The notes under the pieces are model-generated. The model was not told where the DNA came from. It saw nothing but the letters and a program-made list of their open reading frames with translations, and ran no database searches. Positions 34,347-47,824 of a DNA stretch of 64,000 nucleotides are shown one piece after another; position 1 is the first letter of the stretch; each line of letters opens with the position of its first letter. This DNA comes from Dendrobates tinctorius (taxonomy: Eukaryota), in NCBI RefSeq assembly GCF_039654945.1, contig NW_027361921.1:3844001-3908000 (forward strand). Direction: 5' to 3'. A program made the translations under genes and the position numbers.

Positions 34347-35953
34347 CAGTGGGGAAAAAAAGTATTTAGTCAGTCAGCAATAGTGCAAGTTCCACCACTT
34401 AAAAAGATGAGAGGTGTCTGTAATTTACATCATAGGTAGACCTCAACTATGGGAGACAAACTGAGAAAAAAAAATCCAGAAAATCACATTGTCTGTTTTT
34501 TTTTCATTTTATTTGCATATTATGGTGGAAAATAAGTATTTGGTCAGAAACAAGCAATCAAGATTTCTGGCTCTCACAGACCTGTAACTTCTTCTTTAAG
34601 AGTCTCCTCTTTCCTCCACTCATTACCTGTAGTAATGGCACCTGTTTAAACTTGTTATCGGTATAAAAAGACACCTGTGCACACCCTCAAACAGTCTGAC
34701 TCCAAACTCCACTATGGTGAAGACCAAAGAGCTGTCAAAGGACACCAGAAACAAAATTGTAGCCCTGCACCAGGCTGGGAAGACTGAATCTGCAATAGCC
34801 AACCAGCTTGGAGTGAAGAAATCAACTGTGGGAGCAATAATTAGAAAATGGAAGACATACAAGACCACTGATAATCTCCCTCGATCTGGTGCTCCACGCA
34901 AAATCCCACCCCGTGGGGTCAGAATGATCACAAGAACGGTGAGCAAAAATCCCAGAACCACGTGGGGGGACCTAGTGAATGAACTGCAGAGAGCTGGGAC
35001 CAATGTAACAAGGCCTACCATAAGTAACACACTACGCCACCATGGACTCAGATCCTGCAGTGCCAGACGTGTCCCACTGCTTAAGCCTGTACATGTCCGG
35101 GCTCGTCTGAAGTTTGCTAGAGAGCATTTGGATGATCCAGAGGAGTTTTGGGAGAATGTCCTATGGTCTGATGAAACCAAACTGGAACTGTTTGGTAGAA
35201 ACACAACTTGTCGTGTTTGGAGGAAAAAGAATACTGAGTTGTATCCATCAAACACCATACCTACTGTAAAGCATGGTGGTGGAAACATCATGCTTTGGGG
35301 CTGTTTCTCTGCAAAGGGGCCAGGACGACTGATCCGGGTACGTGAAAGAATGAATGGGGCCATGTATCGTGAGATTTTGAGTGCAAACCTCCTTCCATCA
35401 GCAAGGGCATTGAAGATGAAACGTGGCTGGGTCTTTCAACATGACAATGATCCAAAGCACACCACCAGGGCAACGAAGGAGTGGCTTCGTAAGAAGCATT
35501 TCAAGGTCCTGGAGTGGCCTAGCCAGTCTCCAGATCTCAACCCTATAGAAAACCTTTGGAGGGAGTTGAAAGTCCGTGTTGCCAAGTGAAAAGCCAAAAA
35601 CATCACTGCTCTAGAGGAGATCTGCATGGAGGAATGGGCCAACATACCAACAACAGTGTGTGGCAACCTTGTGAAGACTTACAGAAAACGTTTGACCTCT
35701 GTCATTGCCAACAAAGGATATGTCACAAAGTATTGAGATGAAATTTTGTTTCTGACCAAATACTTATTTTCCACCATAATATGCAAATAAAATGAAAAAA
35801 AAAACAGACAATGTGATTTTCTGGATTTTTTTTTCTCAGTTTGTCTCCCATAGTTGAGGTCTACCTATGATGTAAATTACAGACGCCTCTCATCTTTTTA
35901 AGTGGTGGAACTTGCACTATTGCTGACTGACTAAATACTTTTTTTCCCCACTG
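34347..35953 (+). mobile_element. Full-length Tc1 element (1607 bp, ~200-bp TIRs)
   Basis: TA|CAGTGGGGAAAAAAAGTATTTAGTCAG ... CTAAATACTTTTTTTCCCCACTG|TA. Confidence 0.95.
34714..35736 (+). pseudogene. Tc1 DD34E-type transposase, 340 codons with one in-frame TGA at 35587-35589
   Basis: Paired-like HTH N-terminus, [25 protein letters not shown]; the frame continues past the stop to ...GYVTKY* at 35736. Confidence 0.93.
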
Positions 35954-36930
35954 TATAAGTCAGAACTGACAAGAAATATGTATATGCAGTTGTGGCCAAA
36001 AGTATTGACACCCCTGCAATTCTGTCAGATAATACTCAGTTTCTTCAGGAAAATGATTGCAAACACAAATTCTTTGGTATTATTATCTTCATTTAATTTG
36101 TCTTAAATGAAAAAACACAAAAGAGAATGAAACAAAAAGCAAAATATTGATCATTTCACACAAAATTCCAAAAATGGGCCAGACAAAAGTATTGGCACCC
36201 TCAGCCTAATACTTGGTTGCACAACCTTTAGCCACAACAACTGCGACCAACTGCTTCCGGTAACTATCAATGAGTTTCTTACAATGCTCTGCTGGAATTT
36301 TAGACCATTCTTCTTTGGCAAACTGCTCCAGGTCCCTGATATTTGAAGGGTGCCTTCTCCAAACTTCCATTTTTATATCTCTCCACAGGTGTTCTATGGG
36401 ATTCAGGTCTGGACTCATTGCTGGCCACCTTAGAAGTCTCCAGTGCTTCCTCTCAAACCATTTTCTAGTGCTTTTTGAAGTGTGTTTTGGGTCATTGCCC
36501 TGCTGGAAGACCCATGACTAGTGTTGAGCGATACCACCCGATACTGAAAAATATTGTATCGGAATGGATCGGCAGATCTAAAAAAAGTATCGGGTATCGC
36601 CGTTTCCGATCCCGGAAGTCCCATTCAAGTCAATGGAACAGAAATATCAGAATTAAAAAAAACCCTTTTTTTCCCTGTCAGTTAATTCTACATAAAGAAA
36701 AACAACTAATAATAATGTAGAATGTATTGTGGGAGGTGGAGGAGACATTAAAGCCATAGAGGTTTAGCCCAATCAAATGGAATAGCAGGAATTTTTTTTT
36801 TTTAAAGACGTTCGTAGTTACAAAGATATTGACTATGTTAAAGTCTTTAATTTTTTGTCAGATATGTATGTTTCACTACTTCCATGCTCTTCCCCTTCTT
36901 TTTTACTTCTCCCACACTTTCTCCATCATC

Positions 36931-37097
36931 NNNNNNNNNNNNNNNNNNNNNNNNNNNNNNNNNNNNNNNNNNNNNNNNNNNNNNNNNNNNNNNNNNNNNN
37001 NNNNNNNNNNNNNNNNNNNNNNNNNNNNNNNNNNNNNNNNNNNNNNNNNNNNNNNNNNNNNNNNNNNNNNNNNNNNNNNNNNNNNNNNNNNNNNNNN
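36931..37097. other. Assembly gap (N run)
   Basis: 167 N. Confidence 1.
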
Positions 37098-37539
37098 AAG
37101 TTTGAAGATTACACCTTCCGTTCAGCCTGTCACAAAAGATTTACAACAGGATTTGTCCGCGTTCAGTTTGGCCTGCAGCAGCAGGCCTTTTCCAGGGGCA
37201 CCACAAGGAGGAACGGACTCACCCCCATACACTGCTTAGTCTTCTTCTGCTTATAAATTTGATAATCTCATTTGCTCAGATTTTTAGTCTTATGCTTAAT
37301 GTTCTTCTGCTTTTGGATTTTATGCTTCTTGGTTTTCTGTCTCTTGTTGTTCTGCATCTTGGTGGTTGTCTTCCTGTTCTTTGTCCTCTTGTTCATCTTC
37401 TTCAAGGTCATCTTTTAGGTCTTCTTCGGTGTGGTCTTCAGGGTCATCGTCTTCAGGGTCATTGTCAGGGAGATCCAGAGTGAGAATCAAAAACCATTTC
37501 CACAAGCTTGAACTTGGAAAAGTAGCAGAAGTTACAAGA

Positions 37540-39090
37540 AGGCTGAGGAACTGGCGAGAACCAGCTGATGGTACTGGGACCCGGAGTGGCAGCAGAATGA
37601 ACAAGAGCCAATGGCACAACCGTGGACCAGCTGATGGTGCTGGAACATGGTTACTGAGCAGGAGGTACCTGTGCTCCAAAGCACTACCAAGGACCAGCAG
37701 ACGTTGGTGGAACTCGGATACCGACACGGAGGCAACTAGGCCAAAGGCACTGCTGAGAACCAGCTGACGGTGCAGGAACCCGGATGGGTAGCAGAAGCTG
37801 CAAGAGCAAATGAAACTAGCGAGGACCAGCTGACGGTGCTGGAACCCGGAGGGGCAGCAGAAGGAACAAGAGCCAATGGGACAACCGTGGAACAGCTGAC
37901 GGTGCTGGAACACGGTTACTAAGCAGGAGGTACCTGTGCTCCAAAGCACTACCAAGGACCAGCAGACGTTGGTGGAACTCGGATACTGACAAGGAGGCAC
38001 CTAGGCCAAAGGCTCTGCCGGGAACCAGCTGACGTTGCTGGAACCCAGATGGGTAGCACAAGGTACCCATGATTAACAAAGTGTCGCGTCCGCGAGCAGG
38101 CCGCAGTTACCGAAACCCACAGTCCTACAGGGGGTGCTTTTCCTATTGGCACTACGGAACCAGCCTTTGTTACCAGAACCCGCAGTCCACATAGGAAGCA
38201 CTGAAACTGCAGGCACCATAGACTCGGCTATCCCGACTGCAACACGACAGGACAACATATTGGTGGCAAAATGACGTTGACACTACCCGGAAACAGCAGG
38301 CGTGCTGGAACCAGGCTGGGCAGGAGGGAGTACCCGTGCCAAAGACACTGCCGAGAACCAGCTGACGGTGCTGGAACCTGGAGGGGCAGCAGAATGAACA
38401 AGAGCCCATGGCACAACCGTGGACCAGCTGACAGTGCTGGAACACGGTTTCTAAGCAGGAGTTACCTGTGCTAAAAGGCACTACCAAGGACCAGCAGACG
38501 TTGCTGGAACTCGGATACCAAGAAGGAGGCACCTAGGCCAAAGGCTCTGCCGAGAACCAGCTGACGGTGCTGGAACCCGGATGGGTAGCACAAGGTACCC
38601 ATGAAAAAGACAAACTTGCAAGGCCGTGAGCTGGCCGCAGTTACCGAAACCCACAGTCCTACAGGGGGTGCTTGTCCTATTGGCACTACGGAACCAGCCT
38701 TTATTACCAGAACCCGCAGCCCACATAGGAAGCACCAAAACTGCAGGCACCATAGACTCGGCTAACCCGACTGCAACACGACAGGACAACGTATTGGTGG
38801 CAAAGTGACGTTGCCACTACCCGGAAACAGCAGGCGTGCTGGAACCAGGCTGGGCAGGAGGGAGTGCCCATGCCAATGGCATAACCATGGACCAGCTGAC
38901 GGTGCTGGAACACGGTTTCAAAGCAGGAGTTACCTGTGCTAAAAAGCACTACCAAGGACCAGCAGACATTGCTGGAACTCAGATACCAAGAAGGAGGCAC
39001 CTAGGCCAAAGGCTCTGCCGAGAAACAGCTGACAGTGCTGGTACCCAGCTGGGCAGGAGGGAGTACCCATGGCAAACACACTTCTGAGCA
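37540..39090. repeat. Complex tandem repeat built on CCAGCTGACGGTGCTGGAAC modules, with a ~534-bp block duplication
   Basis: GAAACCCACAGTCCTACAGGGGGTGC recurs at ~38112 and ~38646; the ACCAAGGACCAGCAGAC module occurs four times. Confidence 0.8.
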
Positions 39091-40620
39091 GCAACATGCG
39101 ATGTTGAAGCCCAGGTGTCAATCATGCAGCAGGCTGAGGCCAACTTGGAGCGAGTTTTATATTAGTTGTACACAACTACTGATTGTAACTGTGCTCCACT
39201 TTGGCCTCTGGCTCTATTGTCTCTAGTATTTCCCCTGGCCTCCAACCATGCCAGTTGCTGCTCTGCAGTGTTGTCTGCACAATCCACACTTGTTCCTGAG
39301 TTACTGGGGCTCAGTCACGTCAGTTGATCCCCTGATGTGTGTCCGGCAAGGTGTCCTGCTCTGTCCACATTCCCACAACTATTAATGGGAATGGGGACAG
39401 AGCAGGAGACATTGCCGGACACACATCAGGGGATCAACTGACGTGACTGAACCCCAGTAACACAGGAACAAGTGTGGATTGTGCAGACGGCACATCAGAG
39501 CAGTGACTGGTGGGGTTGGAGGTCAGGGGAAATACTAGAGACAGTACAGCCAGAGGCCTAAGTGGACCACGGTTAAAAGTCAGTAGTAGTGTGATGTTGG
39601 AGGCAGCAGTACACTTAGCCATCCGCACAGCAGGGGAACAGCTGGCGTCACTGAACCCCACAGACACAGGAGCTAGTGTTTATATCTGTGCGGACGGCAC
39701 TTCCAGGCTACAACTAGCTGTGTTGTAGCCCAGGATCAATGCTCCGAGCAGGCTGAGGCCTACTTGGAGCGAGGAGAAATAGCGTTGTAGTGTGAATTTG
39801 GAGGCAGCAGGAGACTTTGCCATCCACACAGCAGGGGAACAGCTGGCGTTACTGAACCCCACAGACACAGGAGCGAGTGTTTATATCTGTGCGGACGGCA
39901 CTTCCAGGCTACAACTGGCTGTGTTGTAGCCCAGGATCAATGCTCCGAGCAGGCTGAGGCCTACTTGGAGCGAGGAGAAAAAGCATTGTAGTGTGAGTTT
40001 GGAGGCAGCAGGAGACTTTGCCATCCACACAGCAGGGGAAAAGCTGGCGATACTGAACCCCACAGACACAGTAGCGAGTGTGTTTTTCTCTGTGAAGACG
40101 GCAGTTCTGAACACCAACTGGCGTTGTTGGAGCCCAGGATGAGGCATGGAGCAGGCTGAGGCCAACTTGCAGCACGTTTTATAGAGGTAGTAGACTACTA
40201 CTGATTGTAACCGTGCTCCACTATGGCCTCTGGTTCCACTGTCTCTAGTATTTCCCCTGGCCTCCAACCCCGCCAGTGACAGCTCTGAAGTGGTGTCTAC
40301 ACAATCCACACTTGTTCCTGTGTAACTGTGGCTCAGTCCCATCTGTTGATCACCTGATGTGTGTCTGGCAAGCTCTCCTGCTCAGTCCTCATTCACACTA
40401 CTAGTAATGTGAATGTGGACAGAGCAGGAGACCTTGCCGGACACACATCGGGGGATCAACTGACGGGACTGAGCCATAGTAACTGAGGAACAAGTGTGGA
40501 TTGTGCAGACGCCACTTCAGAGCTGTAACTGGCGGGGTTGTTGGCCAGGGGAAATACTAGAGACAGTGGAGCCAGAGGCCTAAGTTGAGCACAGTTACAA
40601 ATCTGTAGTAGTTTGCATGT

Positions 40621-42040
40621 GGATGGAGCAGGAGTCATTGCCGTCTACACAGCAGGGGAACAGCTGGCATTACTGAACCCCACTAACACAGGAGCTAGTG
40701 TGTGTTTGTCTGTGAAGACGACACTTCTGAACACCAACTGGCGTTGTTGGAGCCCAGGAAGAGGCATGGAGCAGGCTGAGGCCTGATGGTGTTGGCATGT
40801 GGAGGCAGCACTAGACTTTACCGTCTACACAGCAGGGGAACAGCTGGCATTACTGAACCCCACAGACACAGTAGCGAGTGTGTTTTTCTCTGCGAAGATG
40901 GCACTTCTGAACACCAACTGGCGTTGTTGGAGCCCAGGAAGAGGCATGGAGCAGGCTGAGGCCTGATAGGGTTGGCATGTGGATGGAGCAGGAGACATTG
41001 CCGTCTACACAGCAGGGGAACAGCTGGCATTACTGAACCCCACTAACACAGGAGCTAGTGTGTGTTTCTCTGCGAAGACGGCATTTCTGAACACCAACTG
41101 GCGTTGTTGGAGCCCAGGAAGAGGCATGGAGCAGGTTGAGGCCTGGTGGTGTTGGCATGTGGAGGCAGCAGGAGACTTTGCCGTCTACACAGCAGGGGAA
41201 CAGCTGGCATTACTGAACCCCACTAACACAGGAGCTAGTGTGTGTTTCTCTGCGAAGACGGCACTTCTGAACACCAACTGGCGTTGTTGGAGCCCAGGAA
41301 GAGGCATGGAGCAGGCTGAGGCCTGATAGGGTTGGCATGTGGATGGAGCAGGAGACATTGCTGTCTACACAGCAGGGGAACCGCTGGCATTACTGAACCC
41401 CACTAACACAGGAGCTAGTGTGTGTTTCTCTGTGAAGACGACACTTCTGAACACCAACTGGCGTTGTTGGAGCCCAGGAAGAGGCATGGAGCAGGCTGAG
41501 GCCTGATGGTGTTGGCATGTGGAGGCAGCAGGAGACTTTGCCGTCTACACAGCAGGGGAACAGCTGGCATTACTGAACCCCACAGACACAGTAGCGAGTG
41601 TGTTTTTCTCTGCGAAGACGGCACTTCTGAACACCAACTGGCATTGTTGGAGCCCAGGAAGAGGCATGGAGCAGGCTGAGGCCTGATAGGGTTGGCATGT
41701 GGATGGAGCAGGAGACATTGCCGTCTACACAGCAGGGGAACCGCTGGCATTACTGAACCCCACTAACACAGGAGCTAGTGTGTGTTTTTCTGTGAAGACG
41801 ACACTTGTGAACACCAACTGGCGTTGTTGGAGCCCAGGAAGAGGCATGGAGCAGGCTGAGGCCTGATGGTGTTGGCATGTGGAGGCAGCAGGAGACTTTG
41901 CCGTCTACACAGCAAGGGAACAGCTGGCATTACTGAACCCCACAGACACAGTAGCGAGTGTGTTTTTCTCTGCGAAGACGGCACTTCTGAACACCAACTG
42001 GCATTGTTGGAGCCCAGGATGAGGCATGGAGCAGGCTGAG
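40621..42040. repeat. 180-bp satellite, ~8 units with alternating (360-bp dimer) variants
   Basis: Units start at 40621, 40801 ... 41881, alternating GGATGGAGCA and GGAGGCAGCA. Confidence 0.92.
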
Positions 42041-42703
42041 GCCAACTTGCAGCACGTTTTATAGAGGTAGTAGACTACTACTGATTGTAACCGTGCTCCA
42101 CTATGGCCTCCGGCTCCACTGTCTCTAGCATTTCCCCTGGCCTCCAACCCCGCCAGTGACAGCTCTGAAGTGGCGTCAGCACAATCCACACTTGTTCCTG
42201 TGTTATTTGGCCTCAGTCCCGTCAGTTGATCCCCCGATGTGTGTCCGGCAAGGTCTCCTGCTCTGTCCTCATTCACACTACTAGTAATGGGAATGTGGAC
42301 AGAGCAGGAGACCTTGCCGGACACACATCAGGGGATCAACTGACGTGACTGAGGCCAAGTAACACTGGAACAAGTGTGGATTATGCAGACGCCACTTAAG
42401 AGCTGTCACTGGCGGGGTTGGAGGCCAGGGGAAATACTAGAGACAGTGGAGCCAGAGGCCTAAGTGGAGCAGGATTAAAAATCAGTAGTAGTTTGAATGT
42501 AGATGGAGCAGGAGACTTTGCCGTCCACACAGCAGGGGAGCAGCTGGCATTACTGAACCCCACTAACACAGGAGCTAGTGTTTTTCTCTGTGCAGACAAC
42601 ACATCTGAGCGACAACTGGCTGTGTTGAAGCCCAGGGATTATAGTTCAGGTGGTAGAAACATGAACACAACAGGAGACCTGGATACAGTTGACAACCAAT
42701 TAT

Positions 42704-45700
42704 TTAGTCGGGAAGAGGACTGGCAAATTCTGGGGAGATCCAGGCCTTGTTCATTTTCAGAAAAGTAAGCCGGTCGACGTTATCGGAAGAAAGTCGCGTG
42801 CGACGGTCTGTTAGTACACCACCTGCGGCGCTAAAGACGCTTTCCGATAATACACTGGCAGCAGGGCAAGCCAGCACCTCCAATGCATACTGGCTAAGCT
42901 CTGGCCATGTATCCAGCTTAGAGACCCAAAACTTGAAGGGGGAAGAGCCATCTGGGAGTACACTGACAGGGCAAGACATGTAGTCTGTCACCATCTGACG
43001 GAAACGTTGCCTCCTGCTGACTGGAGCCGTCGGTGATGGTGTAGACAATTGTGGCGGACACACAAAACTTTGCCACATTTGGGCCATAGTGGTCTTGCCT
43101 TGTGCTGAGGCGCTGCCTCTGCTCCCTCTTTGTGCCGAGTTTCCTCCACTGGCTGGACGCACAGAGGTGCTTTGTAAAGCACTAGCAACACTGCTGTCGG
43201 GTGGAATGGAAAATATGATGGACTGCACCAGTGTGTCTTAGTACTCCCGCAGTTTATGCTCCCGGTTCAACGTTGGTATGAGGGTTTGCAAGTTGTCCCG
43301 GTAGCGAGGATCTAGGAGGGTGTACACCCAACAATCAGCCGGGTAGAGAATGTGGGCGATGCGGCGGTCGTTTCTCAGGCACTGCAGCATGAAGTCAACC
43401 ATGTGCTGCAGACTCCCAACTGCCAAAGAACCGCTGTCCCCTGCTTGAAGCGTGATCTTTGCCTGCTCTGCATCACCCCACCCTCGCTGTACATACTGAC
43501 TAGAGCTTTATGTACCTCCCTCCTGTGGAGAGATGTCTTCCTCCTCCATCGACTCCTCCTCATCCTTCTCACAAAGTGTCCCCTGCCTAGGCCTTTGTGA
43601 GGAAGCACGTAGCGCAGACTGTCCAGAGGCAGATAGCATTTGGGACTCCTCATCCTCCACCTCTTCAAAAGCCTCATCCATTAATGCTTGCAGTGTTTTT
43701 TGAAGCAGGCAGATAAGGGGGACAGTCATGCTGACTAGTGCATCATCTGCACTCGCCATCCTCGTGGAATCATCGAAGGCACGCAAAACGAGGCAGATGT
43801 CCTTCATAGAGGCCCACTCAGTGGTGTTGAAGTGTGACCAGCGCACATTGCGACTTGTTTGCGCCTGATGCAGCTGGTACTCCATAACTGCTGCCTGCTG
43901 CTCACACAACCGCTCCAACATATGTAACGTTGAAGTCCACCTGGTGGGTAGGTCACATATGATGTGATGTTCCGGAATGCGTAATCGGTGCTGAAGAGCA
44001 GCAAGGCGCGATCTTGCCGTGCTGGAACGACGCAAGTGAGCGCACTCTATGCGGACCTTGTGCAGCAGTGCATCAAGATCCGGATAGTCCCTCAGAAAGC
44101 TCTGCACGACCAAGTTGAGCACATGTGCCAGACATGGGATGTGAGTGAGGTTGCCAAGGCCAAGACCTGCCACCATATTTCGGCTATTGTCACACACTAC
44201 CAAGCCCGGCTGGAGATTCGCTGACAGAAACTACACGTTGCTCTCCTGCTTGATGGCATTCAAGGGCTCCTGCGCTGTGTGGCTTCGATTCCCCAAAGAA
44301 ATTAATTTGAGTATGGCCTGTTGACGTTTGGCCACGGCTGTGCTCATATCGGTCATAACAGGCTCCTGCAGCGCTGTTTCAGAGGAACTTGAGTAGGAGG
44401 AGAGTCAATGTGTACAGACTGGATTCCTGCAATCCGTGGAGTTGGCAGAACACGTAGAGCGCCACTCTCCAGATCTGTACCCGGCTCCACAACATTGACC
44501 CAATGGGCAGTGAGGGAAAGGTATCGTCCCTGTCCATGGTTACTGGTCCACGCATCGGTGGTAAGGTGGACCTTGCTACTGACGGCGTTTAGTAGCGCAT
44601 GTTTTATGTTTGCCTCCACATGTTTCTGCAGGGCAGGGACGGCTCGCCTGCTGAAATAAAAGCGGCAGGGCACGGTGCATTGTGGGACTGCCAATGCCAT
44701 GAAGTCCCGGAAGGTGTCAGTCTCCACCAGCCTGAATGACAGCATTTCAAGTGCCAGTAGTTTGGCAATGCCAGCATTCAGAGCCTGTGCTCGGGGATGG
44801 TTTGCCGAGTATGGCCGCCTTTTCTCCCATGCCTTTGCTACCTATGGCTGTCGAGTGGCCTGGGAGTGTGAGGATGACTTGGAACGTGGTGCTGTGGGTG
44901 GAATGTCACAGGGTCTCCGGACAACAGTGCCAGAGGTTCTTCCTTGGCGATCCTGTGAGGAAGGTGAACCAGCTGTGTTTGAGCTGGAGGAAGAGGCCCC
45001 AACACGAGCTGAAGAGGTGGTAGGTGGTGCTGTACGTTGGCCTACGTCTTCATTGTGTCTGTGTAACTCCACCTCGTGCTTGGTCCGCACATGTTTCCAC
45101 ATATTAGTGGTATTGAGGTTGCTGACATTTTTCCCTCTTTTGACTCTCTGATGACACAGCTTGCATTTGACAAAGCAAATGTCATCTGCAACTGTGTCAA
45201 AAAAGGACCACGCACTGCAAGTCTTGGGAGCGCCCGTTTTGCCTTTTGAAAGTGGAATGCTCCTAACGGGTGCCGAAGTGGAGGCTACAGGCAACCAAGT
45301 CTGCCCCCTCCCTCTCCCTCCAGTTTTGGCCGTTCGGGGAATCTCTTCCTCAGAGCTGCTCCCACCACCTTCCTGTTCCTCACGCCATGATGGGTCAAGG
45401 ACCTCATCATCTACACTCCCCTCTTCAAACACCTGCTTCTCCTGGGTTGTCTCGCCAGCACCGTACGCACAAGAAAGTGGTAACTGAGTCTCGTCATCAT
45501 CTGATGCGTACTGAGGTGTGCTGACCATAGGCACTGGCCCACCCGCCTCTTAAAATTCAGAGGGACAAAGAAGTTGCGCATCACTGCATACTCCCTCTTC
45601 TTCACATTCTGGAACGCTGCTTGGCTGGCCCCTTCTTTCCAAACCAACAGATTCCGAGAACAGAAGTAGAGACTGTGATGGCTCCTGTCCAGGGCTCTCT

Positions 45701-46059
45701 GACTGCCTGGGCACTTTAGCAGGTGGTGAAGAGACAGATGGTTGCTCTTCGGTGCTCTGGCCCTGAGAGGATGTGGAAGTAATTGAAGTCGATGCGTTAG
45801 CTGCCATCCATCCGAAAACGGCTTCAATTTGTTCCTCCCGCAGCAGTGGGGTACGGTGAGGTCCTACAAAGCTGCGCATAAAGGACTGTTGCCTGCTAAA
45901 ACTGGGGGATGCTGACTCACTGGTGCCAACAGCAGGCACAGAATCCCCACGTCCTCTCCCTGCAGAATCCCCACGTCCTCTCCCTGCAGAATCCCCACAT
46001 CCTCTCCCTGCTGAAACTCCACGCCCACGACCACGTGCCTTACTCCCTGCCTTCTTCAT
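42704..46059 (-). pseudogene. hAT transposase (BED finger, DDE core, dimerization domain; ZBED-like), frameshifted
   Basis: AWSFF..CKLCHQ..TTNMWKHVRTKH; HLTTDAWTS; VCDNSRNM; HIPCLAHVLNLVVQ; TRWTSTLHMLERL; FW..WPELSQYALEVLACPAASVLSESVFSAAG. Confidence 0.92.
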
Positions 46060-46419
46060 CTTGCTAGACAGAGAAAGATAGGCAGAAAAGTACAAAGGGG
46101 GGCCTTAGTGTGCTTATTCCTGAACAGCTGGTTACAGGTGTAAGAAACACTAATTTTATGAAGTGTGTGTGTCGACTACACTTTAATGGGAGCTAATGTG
46201 GCCTACACAACTTTCAAATGTAGTGTTTGGTGAACTTTGTTGTTTTTTTGGGGGGGAAAAAAACTTAAAGGATGTGAGCAAAGATTTGAAAGTCAGAGTA
46301 TCACCAACTTTCTGGAGCTATTACAATGCAGGCAGGTAACCACAATGCAAAAGATGAGGCTCCAAAAAAATTGGGTAATACTAATCTGGCTGCAGCTGAA
46401 GGGCACAAGCCAGAAAAAA

Positions 46420-47150
46420 GGCTCCTCTATCTACTCCTATATAGTGTTTGCAACCAACCAATGTAGATGGATATGGATGGATGCACACTAATAGGAGAAG
46501 AAAAAATGAGCTGCAATTAAAGAAAAATATGTGTGAGGCAGTGACGCACGCTGAGCGGCCTACAACCAGACATAGCTGCAGGACATACTACTCAGCGTGA
46601 GCTGCACTCACACACAGTCAGAGACCTTTCAGACAGCCGTGAACAGTGCAGCTAAGTGGGCACTAGCACTGACAGGCTGCAGAAAGGCTCCGCTGTGTAC
46701 TACTAGTGTTTGCTACCACCGTATATGGATACGGATGGATGCACTCTAATAGGAGAAAAAATGAGCTGCAATAAAAGAAAAATGTGTGAGGCAGTGACAC
46801 GCTGAGCGGCCTACAACCAGACGTAGCTGCAGGACACACTACTAAGCGTGAGCTGCACTCACACAGTCAGAGACCTCGCAGACAGCCTAGAACAGTGTAG
46901 CTAAGTGGGCACTAGCACTGAAAGGCTGCAGAAAGGCTCCGCTGTCTACTACTAGTGTTTGCAACCAACGTATATGGATACGGATGGAAGCACACTAGAT
47001 AGAATTTTTTTAAAAATAAGCAGCTCAAAAACAAAAAATATGTATGAGGCAGCAGTGATGCATGCTGGGCGTCCTACAACCAGACGTGGTTGAAGGACCC
47101 ACTCCACAGCGTGAGCTGCACTCACACAGCCCTTGCAGACAGCTGTGAGC
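46420..47150. repeat. Three ~250-bp tandem repeats in the hAT 5' region
   Basis: AAGGCTCC..TAGTGTTTGC..TGGATG..GTGAGCTGCACTCACACA recurs three times. Confidence 0.75.
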
Positions 47151-47659
47151 ACTGCTGCTAGGGAAAAGAAAGCTACAGTGGTGGTTTATGTAGCCTGGGT
47201 AAAGCACAATATTGTTTTGAGAATCGCTATTTCTAACTGTCCCTCACAGTCTTCAACAGCAGCCTGTCCCTAACTGAATTCACAGCAGAGTGACCAGAAA
47301 TGGTGGCGGCGGTGGCTTTTATAGTGCATCATGACATCATTTCAGCAGCCAATCACAGCCATGCCAATAGTTAACATGCCTACATGCCTAACAGGATGTG
47401 CCCACACTTCTGAGGATTCCCATTGGCTGAATCAAAGCGAGCAGGCTGATAGCATTATGGGAACTTCCGATTCCGGTATCCGATATGAAAAAGTATCGGA
47501 AGTCAGTATCGGAATTCCAATACAGCTAATATCGGCCGAAACCCGATACTTGCGGTATCGGAAAGCTCAACACTACCCATGACCTCTGAGGGAGACCCAG
47601 CTTTCTCACACTGGGCCCTACATTATGCTGCAAAATTTGTTGGTAGTCTTCAAACTTCA

Positions 47660-47824
<165 letters not shown>

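Larger units (their letters stand above)
36519..47575 (-). mobile_element. Large hAT (Ac-like) transposon, ~11 kb including a 167-N gap
   Basis: TIRs TAGTGTTGAGC / GCTCAACACTA; perfect 8-bp TSD CCCATGAC (36511-36518 / 47576-47583). Confidence 0.93.

Noticed and set aside
40621-42040. CRISPR-like regular array
   Set aside because: Whole 180-bp units repeat with no unique spacers, there are no cas genes, and the context is vertebrate.
42704-46059. Domesticated ZBED6/ZBED1-like gene beside a muscle-growth locus
   Set aside because: It has frameshifts and stops and lies within TIRs and an 8-bp TSD, so it is a decayed transposon.
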